Shown piece after piece: positions 1 to 16,024 of a stretch of 64,000 nt of DNA. Source of the DNA: the human T2T-CHM13v2.0 reference genome, Homo sapiens. Below the pieces are notes generated by a model. The model searched no databases, was not told the DNA's origin, and saw only the letters and a list, made by a program, of their open reading frames with translations. Made by a program: the position numbers and the translations under genes. The DNA is taken from NCBI RefSeq assembly GCF_009914755.1, contig NC_060942.1; one strand, written 5' to 3'. How positions within the stretch are numbered: the first letter of the stretch is position 1; each line of letters starts with the position of its first letter.

Positions 1-1
1 A

Positions 2-55
<54 letters not shown>

Positions 56-170
56 TATATATACACACGTATGCATATATATATATACACACATATACAT
101 ATGTGTATATATGTATACACACATATACATATGTGTATATATGTATACACACATATACACATACATATAA
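1..170. repeat. poly(A) followed by (TA)n/(CA)n-type microsatellite with a duplicated 30-bp unit
   Basis: A19, then (TA)n, then ACATATACATATGTGTATATATGTATACAC twice (91-120, 121-150). Probably the tail of a retroelement lying upstream of the window. Confidence 0.9.
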
Positions 171-469
171 AGAGGAACAACATAAGTTTTTTTAAAAAAG
201 CAGAACTATTAACAAACTATAAATGCTAGTTTTGCTTGATATAGTTTTCTTTCCACAATGGTTTGCAATTGCCAACACCTAAACTGGAGGATCTTTTTCT
301 TTTTTATTCTAACCATCCCCTAACAAGTGATTTTTAAATTTTAGGATGAATCCCAAGAGAATTGCTATTAGTAGTAGGTGCTGCTTATGTAATCGACAAG
401 ATCATTAAGGCAGATATTCTTCTAAATGAAAGTCTAGATCTTATATAACATGGATCTTGATATCTCCCT

Positions 470-626
470 CATCAAGGGGTGGTCTATACACAGTAGCAGC
501 AGCATCACCACGGGGAGCTTGATAGAAATGCACAATCAAAAACTCCAACCCAGATATAAGGCAGCAGAATCTGCATTGTAACAAGATCTCCAGGTGATCC
601 CTATGCACATGAAGTTTTGAGAAGCT
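470..626. mobile_element. MER5A-like hAT-Charlie DNA transposon fossil
   Basis: AGCAGCATCACC..GGGAGCTTG.TAGAAATGCA ... GAATCTGCATT.TAACAAGATCTCCAGGTGAT..CTATGCACAT.AAGTTT.GAGAAGC resembles the MER5A consensus as I recall it. Confidence 0.75.
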
Positions 627-639
627 TGCCAGACTAGAA

Positions 640-951
640 CAGGGATTGACATATTTTTGCTACAGAGGGTCAGATAGTAAACATTTTAGGTTTTATAGGC
701 TATTCAGTCTATCTTGCAATTACTCAGCTTTATTGTGCAAACAGCACCAGAGACAATACAAAAAGGAATAAGTGTGGCTGTGCTATAATAAAACTTCACT
801 TATGGACATTGACATTTGAATTTTGTATAATTTTTACCTGTCACAAAATGTTCTTCTTTTTTTCCCCAATTATTTAAAAATGTAAAATCCATTCTTAACT
901 CAAAGGCCACACAAGAACAGGTGGTGGGCCAGACCTAGTTTGCTGACTCCT
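640..951. mobile_element. MER58B-like hAT-Charlie element
   Basis: GGGTCAGATAGTAAACATTTTAGG, AATAAAACTT.ACTTATGGACA, terminal GTTTGCTGACTCCT; similar to the copy at 62899-63237. Confidence 0.75.
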
Positions 952-1007
952 AATCAAGATTCTATCATTTTCTTGACCTTGACCTTTCTTGGGTTGCCCT
1001 TGGTGCT

Positions 1008-1715
<708 letters not shown>

Positions 1716-3534
1716 GTGCCCACATCTTCTCTCTGACATCTTCTCTGACCGTACCACCCGGAATCATTTTCCTGTCCATGATGTCCCATTGTCACTGTTA
1801 ACTGCCTGTCATCTTTGCTGCTTAAATTTGGCCTTATACATTTATGACAGCACATTCTGTTCCTTCAAAGAAACTGCAAGCTCCCTGAATGCAGATGGTG
1901 CTGATCAAGGATCTAGTGACAAGTTCAAATGACTGCGTTGAGCTTAGAAGTTAATGATTGACTGATAGCAATGACGCAGCCTGACTTTTTCTGCTCTTGA
2001 GTCTCCCAGTTTGTTAAATGATTACAGGATCCTTATGCATCCTTTTGGGCTATTTTCTCATCTCTAAAATGGGGGAAATGTGGATGTGAAGATACATCCA
2101 GCTTCTCTATGGAGGGATGAAAATTACCTATTAGCGGCCTGTTTTGAAGAGCCAGTCCTCTGTAGTATCAGGCACTTAGAAGTGGCAGCCTTATCTTCAC
2201 TATTTCATCTACTTTTTGGATGCAATAAGACCAACTATTTCATTTCCTGATCTTCTGATGGAGTGTCCTTTCTTCCCTTCCATATGCTTTCTCCCATCAT
2301 ATTTCTATTTGGCAGCCATCATTAACATGAGGTCCTTGCTTAACAAAGACCTTTCAGTGCATTTTATTTACCTTTAATGTTTCAACATTATTCACTATCC
2401 ATCTTAAATATGAGGTCACTGTGAGTTGATTCCCTAGAGAGCCATTCTATTATTCCTCCCTTCTGTATATTTTCTAGTGTTTTTCCTAGTCCCTTTTTAA
2501 TGACTACCCACACAGAGCTTCCTTCATTTGCTGTGGAAATGTTTGCACTAGTGACTCATGGTGCAAACAGATGGGGACTCGGGTAAGGTCCTCATAAATC
2601 ATTCTCAAGGATTATCTATGTCACAATCACAATTTAAAGCTTTAGGAGAGACTGAATGAATTAGGGATAAATCCTATATATCATCTCATATGCTTTGCAG
2701 GCCGTTGGCTGAAATCAGCACGGATTAACACCTTTCCCAGCCTCCATTCTTCTATAGTCTTAATATTTTTAGCTAGGACCAGGGTCCCTGATTTTATTAC
2801 AGTTTTAGACATACAGTGCTGTTCTGGAAACGTTATTTTCACTAGTTTTTTTTTTTTTGCTCACACCAAGGAGAAATGCAGGTGACAGGACACAAGTGTT
2901 CTTGATGTGTTACAAACATTTGCCACAAACTGGTTGCACCCTATATTTCCTGGTTGAAGTGAGCTCTTGTCAAATGCCTGCAAACAATGCACCTCAAGTC
3001 AGGGGAGCAAGGACGCGTGTAAAGGATTCATGAATGGCAAATGAAGACTGAACAGAAACACTTTGAGCAGAGCTGTTGATTAGCATCCTGAAAGAGTGAT
3101 CTCTTAGGGAGGAATTCACCTCTTGATATTTCATTGACTCTGGACTTATCATGTGTGGAATCAGGCAGTCCTGTAGGATTTAATTTGGAATAAGTGAAAA
3201 AGAAACAATTAGAACCATTGTAATACTTGTTGCAGGGAATGCCAAACAAGCTTCCTTTGTTGTACAATTATTTTGGCGCTAATAAGTATGTCTTTATGCC
3301 CTCTAGATTGGTGTCTTGGATATTTCTCTCCCTACCTTGTCTTTCCGTGTAAAAACTTTAGATGAATACAATTTTCTATTAAAAATTAACTTGTATCATT
3401 TGAAATTAGCATACATTAACATTTCTTTAAAACTAGAGCTCTGCAAAGCTTTTTCATAATGTCTCTCTCATGAGTGTGAAATGATTTTTGATTTTTTTTT
3501 AATCCAGCTGCAAGGAGAGAGGATAACAACATTT

Positions 3535-3690
3535 CTGCATTTCTGAGTTGTGTGACTTAGCCTTTTTGATTCTTAATTTCCTCAGCTGCAAAATGGGGAT
3601 AAAATATTTACTCCCTAAGGTATTGAAATCCTTAAGCAATGTACACAAAGCATTTGACCAAGTAATTGACACGTGGACATATAAGATGGT
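3535..3690 (+). mobile_element. MIR fragment
   Basis: TGTGTGACTT...TTTCCTCAGCTGCAAAATGGGGATAA MIR core, then ATGTA.A.AAAGCATTT. Confidence 0.6.
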
Positions 3691-6600
3691 CAATATTTTT
3701 TCTTTGTTATTATTTTGAATATTTGAAGTATGCACATTAAAATTATAGTAGTATCCACTGGTTATAAAATGCCACAGATTCCCTCAAATAACTGCGTAAC
3801 ATTGAGAGGAAGGAAAAAATCATCTCTTAGTGAGAGCATCTTTATTTGAAATCTTCGCACGTTGGTAATTTTATATTAGAGATTTTGCTCATCAGTTTCT
3901 GTACAGCCAAGTGCATGGCTTTACACGTTGCTGCTGAAATGATAAGCAACAGCCGTCTTATTCCTAAAGACTCTCAGCACAATTTTATTAAAGATGGAGC
4001 AGGTATCTGGCACAGAATTGGAGTATAGTAAATCGTGCAACAAATGGTATGCCAGAATCAATTTACTGCAGGCCCCCAATACAGTCGCTTTCTCCTTACC
4101 AGTTTCCAGCATAAATCTCTGTGCACACCTTATATGAATGTATCACAAGTAGCTGAATGCCTTTACGTTGTCTCTCTAAGCAGAAGTTTATGCCATAAAG
4201 GTAATGTGAAAAATAGAGAATAACTATCAAGTTTCAGTCTTCCTGAATTGTATTCAGGGAAGGGGGGAGAAGAGGGAATCACAGGATATCAGTGTTGGGT
4301 CAGTGCTTGGTGATTGCTGCTGACTTTTCACCGATGAGGAAACTGTATCACAGAGTACGGAAGTGGCATGTTGGAGAACGCTACCTGAGAATGAAAGAGT
4401 CAGAATTTAAGCCCATGTCGGTCACCTCTGAGGTCCCTTTCTCTTTTCTGTATAATATATTGCTGTCAAAATTTCTGAGTGGATATTTTTTCTAATTAGT
4501 TGTTGCTTAGGGCACATATACTTTCTTCTCCTGGAGCATGTGATAGAAAACAGACTAAGGTATCTTCATCTACTATGTGCCATTTGCTTTGGATGCAGTT
4601 TCTCATTATCTGTGGGCAGTCTCTGGTATCCTGATTACACGGATAGTGCAGTTAAAAATTAAAAATGTTAATTCTGTCTCTCCAGGGCCCACAGTTCGTA
4701 AATGAGAAGGGGGCTTAAAACTTGTCTCAGATCCACTGATTCTTGGGGTAAAGTTAATGGATAAATAGAAGTTCTAAATATGAGAAACTGTGAAATCCTG
4801 CCTTCCAGCTCTGCATTTGCATGCATGATTAAAAGACACAGCACCTCAGAAACTTGAATTTGTACTTCATATTGTATATAAGTTTGTATTATAGATATAT
4901 ATTCCAATGGATAACTTGGTTCTAAGCCTTTTTGTTTTGGTAAATTAGAATTAAAGAAATTATAAACTAGAAGAGGAATAATGCAGTAAATAAAGAAAAA
5001 AATGTTCAATCCACCTCTGCAGGGACAAGAATATTGACTATATCTCAAAGGTTATGAGTTATAAATAAGAACATGTTAATTATTTCTGTTTCCTTGGGGT
5101 GGATGTTCATTTCTACCAGCCTTTCCTACGAAACTATGCATCTTCAAATATCTTTGATTCTCGACACTATTTAACATTTTTTCCAAATATGCACATTTTC
5201 AGGAAAGATACTGGGTGATATCCTTGCCTGTTGGGTGGGACTCTATTTTAGATTTTCTGATTGTTATAATGATAAGATATACTGGGCCACTGAACATCTA
5301 GAATTGATCCTTCCATCCATTACACAGGAGTAAAGGATATTGCATCATGCCTATAGAAATAGCAGGGTTGCAAATAGCCAATCCATTGCTGGTTCCAATT
5401 TGGAAGCTGCTGACAAATACTTACTTTATTGCCCTGCCACATGCGAAGTCTATCTTTCTGCCTACACAGCACAAGTCAGTAACCTACATAATTCTTCCAG
5501 GATATTCTAAAAGCCCCGAGGCGGGAGTTCATACTCTGTATATTTGGCATTTGGAATCTCATATGGAAGTGCATTCAGTGACATCGTGGGAGAATTTCCA
5601 AATATACCAAAACATTTATTTTGCAGTTCTTCCTATTTGCATTATTTAATTTGTGCTGTCTTGCTAATATTTGCCTTTGTCATATATTTGTCATATTATA
5701 CATTTGCCATTTAAAAATTTGACGCAGCAGTACAAACGTATTTAAGCTGCCGTGCTGCTCAGAAGGGCCTATTATATATCAGGAGTCTGAAGAGTCAAAT
5801 CAAATCACAGAGGATCTACTTTTATACTCTTACTTATTTTACTGAGGTTTTTCAACATAAACAACCACAGCAACATCTTAAAGTCATATATATCTCTTTG
5901 ATTCCAAAGTGAAATACTCCATTCATAAGACAATGAGGAGAAAAAGAGAATTAGAAGCCGAATGACTATACAAGTCACTGTTAAACTAGGACACTCTCGA
6001 GAGTAAAAGGGAGCTAGTAGTCATCACACTGCATGTGTTTTATGCAAACTGGGACTCAGAGTTACCCTTGTTAAAGATGTGTTATATTGCTGATCTGAAC
6101 TGAGTTCTCAAAAAGAAGCCCAAGCAAAGTAGTCTATTTGTTGTGCTAAATCTAAGCCCCTCCCTACTCAAAAATCCCTGAAATACAATATATTTATACA
6201 TAGATAAGTATACGTTTACCTATGAAAAAATATACAGTAGGAAAAGCATGCGATTGTGCTCAGAGTTTATGTTCCTGAGTTCAGCATATTTTGTGTTCTC
6301 CGTAGTTCTGGTGACAGAATTCTCTCCTTGTTCCAGTCTGCTGAGATGACCATGGGTCCATCTCTTCTTGGCCTTGTCACTGCCCCATGGTAACATCTTC
6401 TGAGGTGGTCTCATGCTCATCTGAATCTTAACTAGCCAGTCCATTCCTCTTGATTGCAGGGTCCTCCATTATAACCAAGAGAACCCTCTTGTTTCACCCA
6501 GGTTGGGTGTCTCATTTCTGTCACTTATGGTCACTTGAAGAAGATATTTGGCTGCTTCCTGAGCCCTGATGGGGTATTCAGCCTACTCAGGGAAACAGTG

Positions 6601-8029
6601 TTAGATGCATCTACCCAACCATCCTACACAGGTGACTCTACTGCACCCTTCTCTGCCATGGGGAAATAGAGAACTCTTTAGGGGTATGTATGCCATAAAT
6701 GCTTCAAGTGGGAAGCAGAATAAAAACACCCTCTACTCTCAACCTTATAAACATAAATGGAGCATTTCTGCCAGTAAGATCCCACCACTCTTTTCAGTCT
6801 TAGAGATACTAACCAGGATCTCACTGACCCTTCTTTCCCACCCCTTCCAGCTTCCCGTTCAAAGAGGATGCGTTGGGGAGGGGGGCTGGTACGGGTGATT
6901 GCTGGGTAGCCTGGATCATGTATTCTCTTAATACTCTACTCTATATCTGTATCATGGTCTTCCCCCACCAATAAAAGCCAAGACTTTGACAGATGTATTC
7001 TCTGGTTCTACTTTTAGCATCATGGAGGCCTTGAGTCTGGCAGTGTCAATGGGAGAAGGTCACAGCAAAGTAAAAGGATGGGGATGACAGGGAACATACT
7101 GGTAACTAGTGACTGGCTAGTACTTCCTGTCCTTCTACCCCTCTGAGTTTCTTGAGGGAGCAGGAAGCAAGTTCGTTCAGCTTTGAATGAAAGCTCGCAG
7201 CTCACAAAAGACTGAACAAGCTAGGGCCTCCTTAGACTGATGTTAAACACAAGTAAAGCACAGTGGCTGTGGGGTCCTTCCTTAGAGTCATATTGGCTTG
7301 GTTGGGATCCCTGGCCCCTGCCAGCTTGGGGTGACTGTATTTTATAGGTCAAAATCTATTGGAAGATAGAGCAAAATGAATTAAGTGATAGTCAGAAGTG
7401 GGATATCTCAAAATTATGAAAAGTTTATCTGCTCGGGTGTTACCACACTCTCTCCTCCTGCTTCCCCCCTCAACTTCTTCCTATGCTCTACCTTTGTGCC
7501 ACCCCTCCCCCCGGCCACCTCAGTGTAAAAGCCACCAACCTCAGCCTGCTTCTCCAGCTCTCACAACTTAAATCCCACGCACTGTCTACAGCAATCCGAC
7601 AATTCTGGTTTTGGAAAGACCATCAATGTCTGTCTTGACATACAGTGAGCACCCTATTAATACCTACTGAATATCTCTCAACCTTTTTGTATATTTCAAA
7701 AAACATTTGAAATGATCCTAGAAAAGCTCAGAATAAAGCAGTCCTAATTGTTTTTCTTTCTAAAGACACAGCTGAAAGCCTCAAGAGTTTTAACAGAGCA
7801 CCTATTAATTTCAGGGCAATTAGAAGGGAGGGGAAAGATCAGAGAACGTATCAACTTGCTGTAAGAGGCAAACCTGTGCAAATTAAGTTTGTCGAAATTA
7901 TCAGCAAACAGTTGGTTTCTGTCTGCCCCTAACTGGATTTCAGCAGCATTTTATTCAGTTTCCACCTCAGTATTTTCATCTAATGCTCTGTGCTTTTCAA
8001 ATAATATTCATGTATAATTTTATTTTTAG

Positions 8030-8180
8030 AAAATCCCATGAGTTAATGAAGATGATTCCTATTTCCACAATTTTGATCTCAAGGAAACTAAGACAGAGAG
8101 AAGGTAATGGAATTGCCCAGTTTACATGGCTACAGAATAGTTAAGATTTCAACACAGTTCTTCTCCCTTGGTCTCTGATT
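8030..8180 (-). mobile_element. MIR fragment
   Basis: AAGGAAACTAAGACAGAGAGAAGGTAA..GAATTGCCCA resembles the reverse MIR core. Confidence 0.55.
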
Positions 8181-10553
8181 CTTCTCTATCACATTTAATT
8201 TTTAGAACAAAATATGTATTTAAAGAAAATATTGAATCTTCGCTAAACGGCACAAAAGAAGTTATATATATATACACACATACAATATCAGAGGAATTTA
8301 GATTATTTAATCACTTTCTAATTGCTAGAGCAATCAAAAAATTGTTGACATCATAATTAAAGAAAACTGGTAGAATCTGCCCTTTTCTTTAAGTCCACGC
8401 CATCTGAGAATTGAGTTAAAGTTGAAAAATTCCAAGACTCCTATTTTGCCCATCTTGTGGACACATTACTTGTCATAGGAGGGGTTTACTTGAAAATTAA
8501 AATTGTAAAAATAATAAAATGAAAATTAGAAGAATGGCTGCCCCTCATGGGCACATCTGATTCTGTCAGAATAGCATTGTTTTTTTCAAAGAAATTCTGA
8601 AACAGCTGTAATATTTTTGAAATACTTGTTAGTGCATATCAGTTGTGCTAAAAAAGGTCGTTTGTAAAAATCTGCAAATTTTATGGAAATATTTCCTTTG
8701 GTTGTGAGAAAACACATTTCCACATGTCACCATGTTCACAGAGCTGGCTGACAGGGTTAAGAAAAGTGTGAATTTATTAATGTGATCATAGCATCATCCT
8801 TTTATATTACCTATGCCATGCCAAATTCCCATAGGAAAAGTATTAGGGTAATAGTTGTCTTCCTCTTTGTTTTACAGCTGGATATTTTAATTTTCTATAA
8901 TTATAATTTGGTGTGTAAATTATTTGCATAATCCTATACTATGTCATACATTTTTAAAAGACTTATTGACAAGCTAAAATTTGGAAATATCAGCTATAAT
9001 AGAATACCTTTTTAATGTTCACGATTCAATATAAAATCCTTCATGTGAAGCATATGATTTATAATCTATTAGATTTTTTAAAACTATTTAAGGTTGACCT
9101 GTGAAAACCCATATAAACACAATTTATGATATAATAGGGTTTAGCTGGATGGAATACAGTAATAAATAAAAGGTACACAAACACCGTTTAAAATGCATAT
9201 CCATATAAATGGTTAGGTTGTGTTATGATATTGTCTTTGTAGATTCTGGTTGTATGTGCTCAGGACAAATAAAGCAATATCTATTGTCTGATAAAAGAAA
9301 ATTATTAAACCAAAGGTATTTGCCTATGTTACTTCAATCTGAGTCACTATGATTAATGTTATATGATATTTTTCTTTAAAAATCTATTTTTATGTCTATA
9401 AATCCTCTCTTTCCCCACTCTGGAAATAGTGTCTTTCTACCAAGAAATAAATATTCAGCATTGCTGTTAATGAAACCATGATTACTGATTATTGTTATTT
9501 TATCATCTCTACTGTCACTGCTGGTCACAGATATAATTATTTCTTCATTTCAGTAAAATGTTTGAAGAATAATTTTAGCAATGTAGTATATGGGGAATTT
9601 AAAGTGACAGTTGTTACGGATATTGTGTATCATTGATAGTTGTAGCATTGATATTTTAAATAATCGTATTTAAAGTTCAAATTGGTGATGGATTCTATTG
9701 ATTAAAGGCAGAAAAGTGAACCTTAAAAAAGTTTCTAAAAGAGAGCTTTGGAATGAATCCAAAGATGATATATTGCAAAATGCAAAATGGGCACCAAATA
9801 GTTAAAAAAAGACTAAGAAAATGAGGCTGTTTGCTAACTCAAGATAAGATGCTAATCCTTTATAGCCTAATAGGAATCTCATATCCTCCCCTATGAGTCT
9901 TATTCTCTGTTGAGCTTTAGTATTTGGTTCCCCCTTGTTATTATTATTAATGTGAGCCAATCAGGTTGAACTAATTAATTTCTGTCAAATGAATCAAAGT
10001 CTGGTGAACAGGACTAAGATGTTATTTTTTCTAATCATTTCAAATTTCTCCGAGTCAAATATATTAACACAGTGCTTGTAAGTGTATTAGTATAAAACTG
10101 ATTGCACTGAAGGTTGATGTATAAAAAGCTTTGACCAGGAAGAGATTAAGCATTTGCATTCTTAATATGTAAATCATAGATAAAAGATGGAATAGTAAAA
10201 TGGCTAAAACTAAATCAGAGATATTCCTGTAAGAAAACTTCCAAAGAAACAGCAGTTTCTTTTGCTGAATTCAACAATTAACCTGTTCTTTGCCAAACTG
10301 TACATTTACATGAGAAGTAAAATATTGTATCTCCTGTGTTCCCAGCATGAGCCACAAAAGTGAAGCCAGTCCAAGAAGTGTCTCTTTTGTCCATCAATGT
10401 GTCCCCAGCTAAACCTTTTCTTTTGCTTTCTCAAATAGATCAAAATCTACCATTTCTAGAGTGATTGAATCCTCAGAGCATCTTTTGGTATCAAACCGTT
10501 TTTTCTTTTTTTCTGGTTTCCCTCTGCTATTAGAAAATACAATAATAATTTCA

Positions 10554-10846
10554 GGCCAGGCACAGTGGCTTATACCTGTAATCCCAGCTCTTTGGGAGGC
10601 CGAGGCAGGTGGATCACCTGAGGTCAGGAGTTCAAGACCAGCCTGACCAATATGGTGAAACCCCGTCTCTACTAAAAATACAAAAATTAGCCGTGCATGG
10701 TGGCAGGCACCTGTAGTCCAAGCTACTTAGGAGGCTGAGACAGGAGAATTACTTGAACCTGGAAGCGGAGGTTGCAGTGAGCTGAGTTTGAGCCACTGCA
10801 CTCCAGCCTGGGTGACAGAGCAAGACTCCGTCTCAAAAAAAAAAAA
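10554..10846 (+). mobile_element. Alu (AluS-like), full length
   Basis: GGCCAGGCACAGTGGCT...GGATCACCTGAGGTCAGGAGTTCAAGACC, dimer structure, A tail. Confidence 0.97.
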
Positions 10847-11639
10847 TTATTATTATTATTTCATCCTAATCTACGGGGACCAGTATTTATAAATGACCCT
10901 CTTCAATTAGAGAAGAAAGATGTCTGCTTTTCTGTTATGTCTCATTCTGCTTAGGGCAGTATTTCACCTACTAACAGTTTGTGCTCAGTTGAGGATCTCC
11001 TTGTTTTAGTGTAGTTATAAATGTATTGGGTGGAGTAGAGAATCATCTTTATACATTTTATCATTAATACAAACATACCTAATTCTCCACAAAAGCTGAG
11101 AAGGTTCAGAGTTCCAGTCTAAAGAAAGAAAAATAAATTCTTTCTATAGATACATATAATTTCAGATTACACAACATGCCTTTATATTAAACAGATGTTG
11201 AACCACACCTATAATATTATTTTCAAATTTTATCACTGAGCCACATAAAAGATATGAAAAAAGCTGGAGAAGTTTCAGAGAACAGTAACTCAATTGATTG
11301 GGGCTGTAAAGTAATTCCACACAGCATTGACTTTAAAAGATTGGGGATTTATATTCAGGAAGTGTTCAGATTTAGAAATGATATCATTGAAAACTTTGAA
11401 AGCATTCCTAAAGAGGAGAAAAAGTTACTTAATCCCAGAATACTAGTGCAGGAAATTTCTTCTTAAAGTTTGAGAGGAGAAATATTCAAACAAATAAGAT
11501 TCTACTCTACACATAAGTTATAAAAGAGATGTAACAAGGCAGTGTTCTGATTTACACAATTTACAGATGAAAAAAGGCTATAAGAGGGAAGAAGATGATG
11601 ACAGAGTTCACATGTTGCTTGAGCAGAGATGCAGCCTAG

Positions 11640-12173
11640 ATTTGCACTGCCAAGCACAGTAGCCACTGGCCACGTGTGCCTGAAATGCGACTGGCGTGAC
11701 TGACTGAGATGCGGGTCTTCAATTTTATTTCACTTTAATTGATTTTAATTTTATTTAAGAGTTAAGAGTTTAATTATTGGAAAGACGTTTTTGAAGTAAG
11801 TGTGGAAGAACTTGAATATGTAAACCTATTTTTTCAACTGTAAATTTTATAAAATCTAGAAATAGATAAAATATTTCCAATGAAAATTTTGCATTTGAAT
11901 TGAAATGTGTTGTAAATGTAAAAATATAGTAATACGAACAACTAATTTATTTGTAATGTGGTATTACTATTTTAGCTCATTGGTAAATGTTTAATATTGA
12001 TAGATTTTGAACTGATAATATTTTGATAATTTAGGTTAAAATATTTTCAGTTAAAATAGGTTAGTGAAAATATTTTCACTTGTTTCCCTTTACTTTTTTC
12101 ATGTGGCAGCTCCAAAATTTAAAAGTACCTCTGTGGCTCGTATTACATCTTATATTTCCATTGGACAGCACTG
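11640..12173. mobile_element. Charlie1-family (Charlie1b/MER3/MER33-related) DNA transposon fossil
   Basis: GTAGCCACTGGCCACGTGTG near the left end, TTGGACAGCACTG right terminus, AT-rich interior typical of Charlie1 derivatives. Confidence 0.65.
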
Positions 12174-12556
12174 ATTTGACCATGAATTGATTTAAGTGAT
12201 TAGACCAATTAACAAAGTGTTTAGACAAGCCTATCCTAAGCTTACCCACAAAACTGAGGGAAGATTCCCTTTATGAGATGAATGTCAGCCCACAGCTCAT
12301 TGCCTTCTTCCATCTCATCCAGAACCTCATGGCTACATAAACAAATGTCCTACAACAGCTGGTTCACTCCTAATTTCTTCTCCTATCTGCACTGACTGTC
12401 ACATCCTGCACCCACTTACCCGAAGGCATTTACTGCGATTTAGGATCTTGTGGCCTTATGTTTCTCCAAATTACTTTGAAGGCAGCAAGATCTTAGATGC
12501 TACACCCCCACGGATGAACCGAGTTGCCCCTCTCTTGATTAAGTCTAGTCAGCATG

Positions 12557-12869
<313 letters not shown>

Positions 12870-13803
12870 AAGTCTAGTTAGCATGACTGGGCTTCTGACT
12901 TAGGGCCACTCCTTGGTCCATTCAGCTTAGCTTGTCTTGTAACTCAGGACCCTTTGAAGACATAAGCCCTTCTCTGAATGTGGGCTACTGTCCAAAGTAT
13001 ATGCATCCTGTCATTCATTGGCTAGCACTCTCCCAGTGGCTGGAACTGGCCTTGCTTCTCTGCATTCCAGCTGCGGGCTCAGGTCTTTATAGACATCAGT
13101 GCCTGTAGGATCCGTGGCAGCCTGCCTGTCTCCTAGGTAGATTTGCGATCTTGGATTCCCCATGACACTGCTTGCCTTGCCTAACTTAACTGATGCTGAA
13201 GACATTTGGGCTTAATAAACACTGGGTTGCCCCTTAGAGCTTGATACTTTAATGCTCTATTTTCCTGGAGAAAGCCTCCTTACCCATCACCCCACTCACC
13301 ATGGTGCCCTTATTTCCACTCATTCCTAACTCTGACCCCATCTTCCTTCTTGAGCCATAGAGAGTGAACTGAGGAAACCTCTAATTAAGTCAGCTAATAT
13401 CATGGAGTGTTAACAACAATATATTTTTGTGAAACATCTTTTTGTGCCCTTATCGTAGGGAATGTACTCTATTAGAAATATCATCGGTCTTCCCTGGAAC
13501 ACTACTTCTGAGCGTGAAAGGGTCTTCCCAGAATCTCTGACGGTGTCCCACAGAGATAATCACCTATTGTATGTTTCTGTATGGTGAACTCAGCTCCTCT
13601 CTTAAATGATCCCTGAGAGAGTTATCATTACAGTGTCCTGATTTACAAACTTACAGGTGAAAAAAAGCTAGAAGAGGGAAGAGGGCAGTGAAGGAGTTCA
13701 CTTTTCTCACATAGCTCTAGGGTAAACTATAAAAAACTAATTTGTCTCTAAGTTTTTCAAGGTGAATACAACAGACCAGGTCTTTAACAAGAGTCTAGAA
13801 GGA

Positions 13804-14085
<282 letters not shown>

Positions 14086-14201
14086 TTATGTAGATAAAAG
14101 CTCTGGGAAATAATTTGAAAGAAGAGAATAAATAGTCTCTCATTTAGTATTAATGCATGTACCTCTTCGACGTGGAAAGGAAAGAAGGTACCAAAAGTGT
14201 G

Positions 14202-14431
14202 CAGCAATGGCTTTCAAACTGGGAAGGGGTTGAGGTTGTACTCCCCAGGGACAGTTGGCAATTTCTACAGATATTTTTGAATGAGGACCTGGGGGGCAGA
14301 GGAGTGCTACTGGTGTCTAATAAGTAGAGAAGAGAGTTGCTGCTAAACCTCCTACAATGCACAAGACAGCCCCCATAATAAACAATCATCCAGTCCCAAA
14401 TGTCAATAGCTCCAAGGCTGGGAATTCTCGC
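14202..14431 (+). mobile_element. MER20 hAT-Charlie element
   Basis: CCCCAGGGACA.TTGGCAAT, TGCTACTGG, TGCTGCTAAAC.TCCTACAATGCACAAGACAGCCCCCA, AAATGTCAATAG. Confidence 0.85.
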
Positions 14432-15299
14432 GTTAAAGTTCACCGACATTTTAATCTCACAACATTTTAATCCCACATACAAATAGACTGAAGCTCACAG
14501 ATATTAAACAATTTATTTAAAGTATTAGGACTAATTAGAAATGTGATTGGACGGGAACACAGAGAGTTTCATTTTCAGGACTGGCTTTCTCGTGCTAACA
14601 TGCTGTCTTTCCCATTATTCACATGTTCTTCTGAATTTATTAAGAACAGTTTCATGAAACTTTTCAAGTTTGATGAAGCTGTTGAAAGGGTGCGGCTGTG
14701 TTTATATGATGTGTAAAGCCTGCCTTTCCTGAAACTGAATAAATAACACAAAGACAGCTCCCATTTGACAATGCTGGCCATTAAGCAGGATACAAGAAGT
14801 CTAAGTTATTATTCTTACTTTACCTGAAAGAAGCTAATGATCTTAGTGAGGAGACTGAGCTCAGCATTATGAGAATGTGTGTAATAGATTAGGGGCTTAG
14901 GACTCACCGATCCAACTATAAAAGGGTTGTGCAATTTTATTATTTGATTAGTTCATCTTAGCCTTGTGCACTTTCCTCTACCATTCCTGTGGCCAAGTCC
15001 TCCATCTACATTTCCTCCTTAGCTGCTGCTTTTTATCAAGGGAATTATTTAATCTTGGTGCCACTAACAAATTTGGCCATTACTTTATGGCTTCCTCCTC
15101 CACATAATCACATGATTACATCTTACTAGAAGGGTAAGATGTTCAGTATCCTGGACAACTGCTTTTAACTTCTCGCCCGCTGAAGTTCTTTCTTTGCTGG
15201 ATTTAGCTAATTTTTAGGCCATAAGAAAACATTTTTGGCTTTAAATTTTAATTAAATTTGATAATGGATGTTCTATTGGATTTTAATTTTTTCATGGTG

Positions 15300-15920
15300 A
15301 CATGCATTCAAAATCCATTGTCATATTTCTTGAACACCCACTATGTGCCAGATAAAAATTATGAGCGCTTAGTATTCAGTCATACATACCATAGGCAGAA
15401 GCCCTGTCCTGATGGAGCTTACATCTTAGTGAAGGATACAGATGGTGAACTAGTAAATATACAGTAGAACATCAAGGTATGATAAATGCTGGGGGGAAAA
15501 AAGAAAGCAATGTAAAGGGATAGGGATTGACAGTGGTTACTGTTTTGAATGAGATGGTCCACATCTCATTAGATGTGGTATCTGGAAGAGTGCTAAGGAT
15601 GATGAACAAAAATATAAAAAACCCTGAAGCAGAATGTTTTTTATTCATTCAAGAAATATTAGGAAGGACTGTGTGGCCTCAGGGTGGAGAGAAGAAATGA
15701 AGATGGCTTATACCAATAGAGAGGGAGCTAGGAGTAGAAAATATAGATCCTTGTGGGCCTGTGATCCTGATCCTGTGATCCCTAAAGAGAACTGCTCTTG
15801 CTCCTCTGAGTTGAAAAACTATAGGTGGAACAAGATGGGGGCAGGAAAACCAGTGAAGAGTCTATTATAGTTCTCCTAGGAAGAAATGATAGTAGCTTGG
15901 AAAGAAGGGATAGTAATAGA
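15300..15920 (-). mobile_element. L2 (LINE2) 3' fragment
   Basis: CATTCA...TTGAACACCCACTATGTGCCAG, CCCTGTCCTGATGGAGCTTACA and purine-rich continuation typical of antisense L2. Confidence 0.7.
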
Positions 15921-16024
15921 CAGTTTGCTTGTTTTGTTTTGTTCTTTTCCTAAGAATGTTCATAATACAAACACCTTACATTTACCATTTGCTTTTATAT
16001 TTGGCAATGCACCATTCTAAACCA

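Noticed and set aside
4815-4822. Perfect octamer ATTTGCAT
   Set aside because: Isolated 8-mers are expected several times by chance in 64 kb of AT-rich DNA.
6870-6900. G-rich stretch as a G-quadruplex (also 24325-24342)
   Set aside because: Fewer than four clean G3 runs with short loops.
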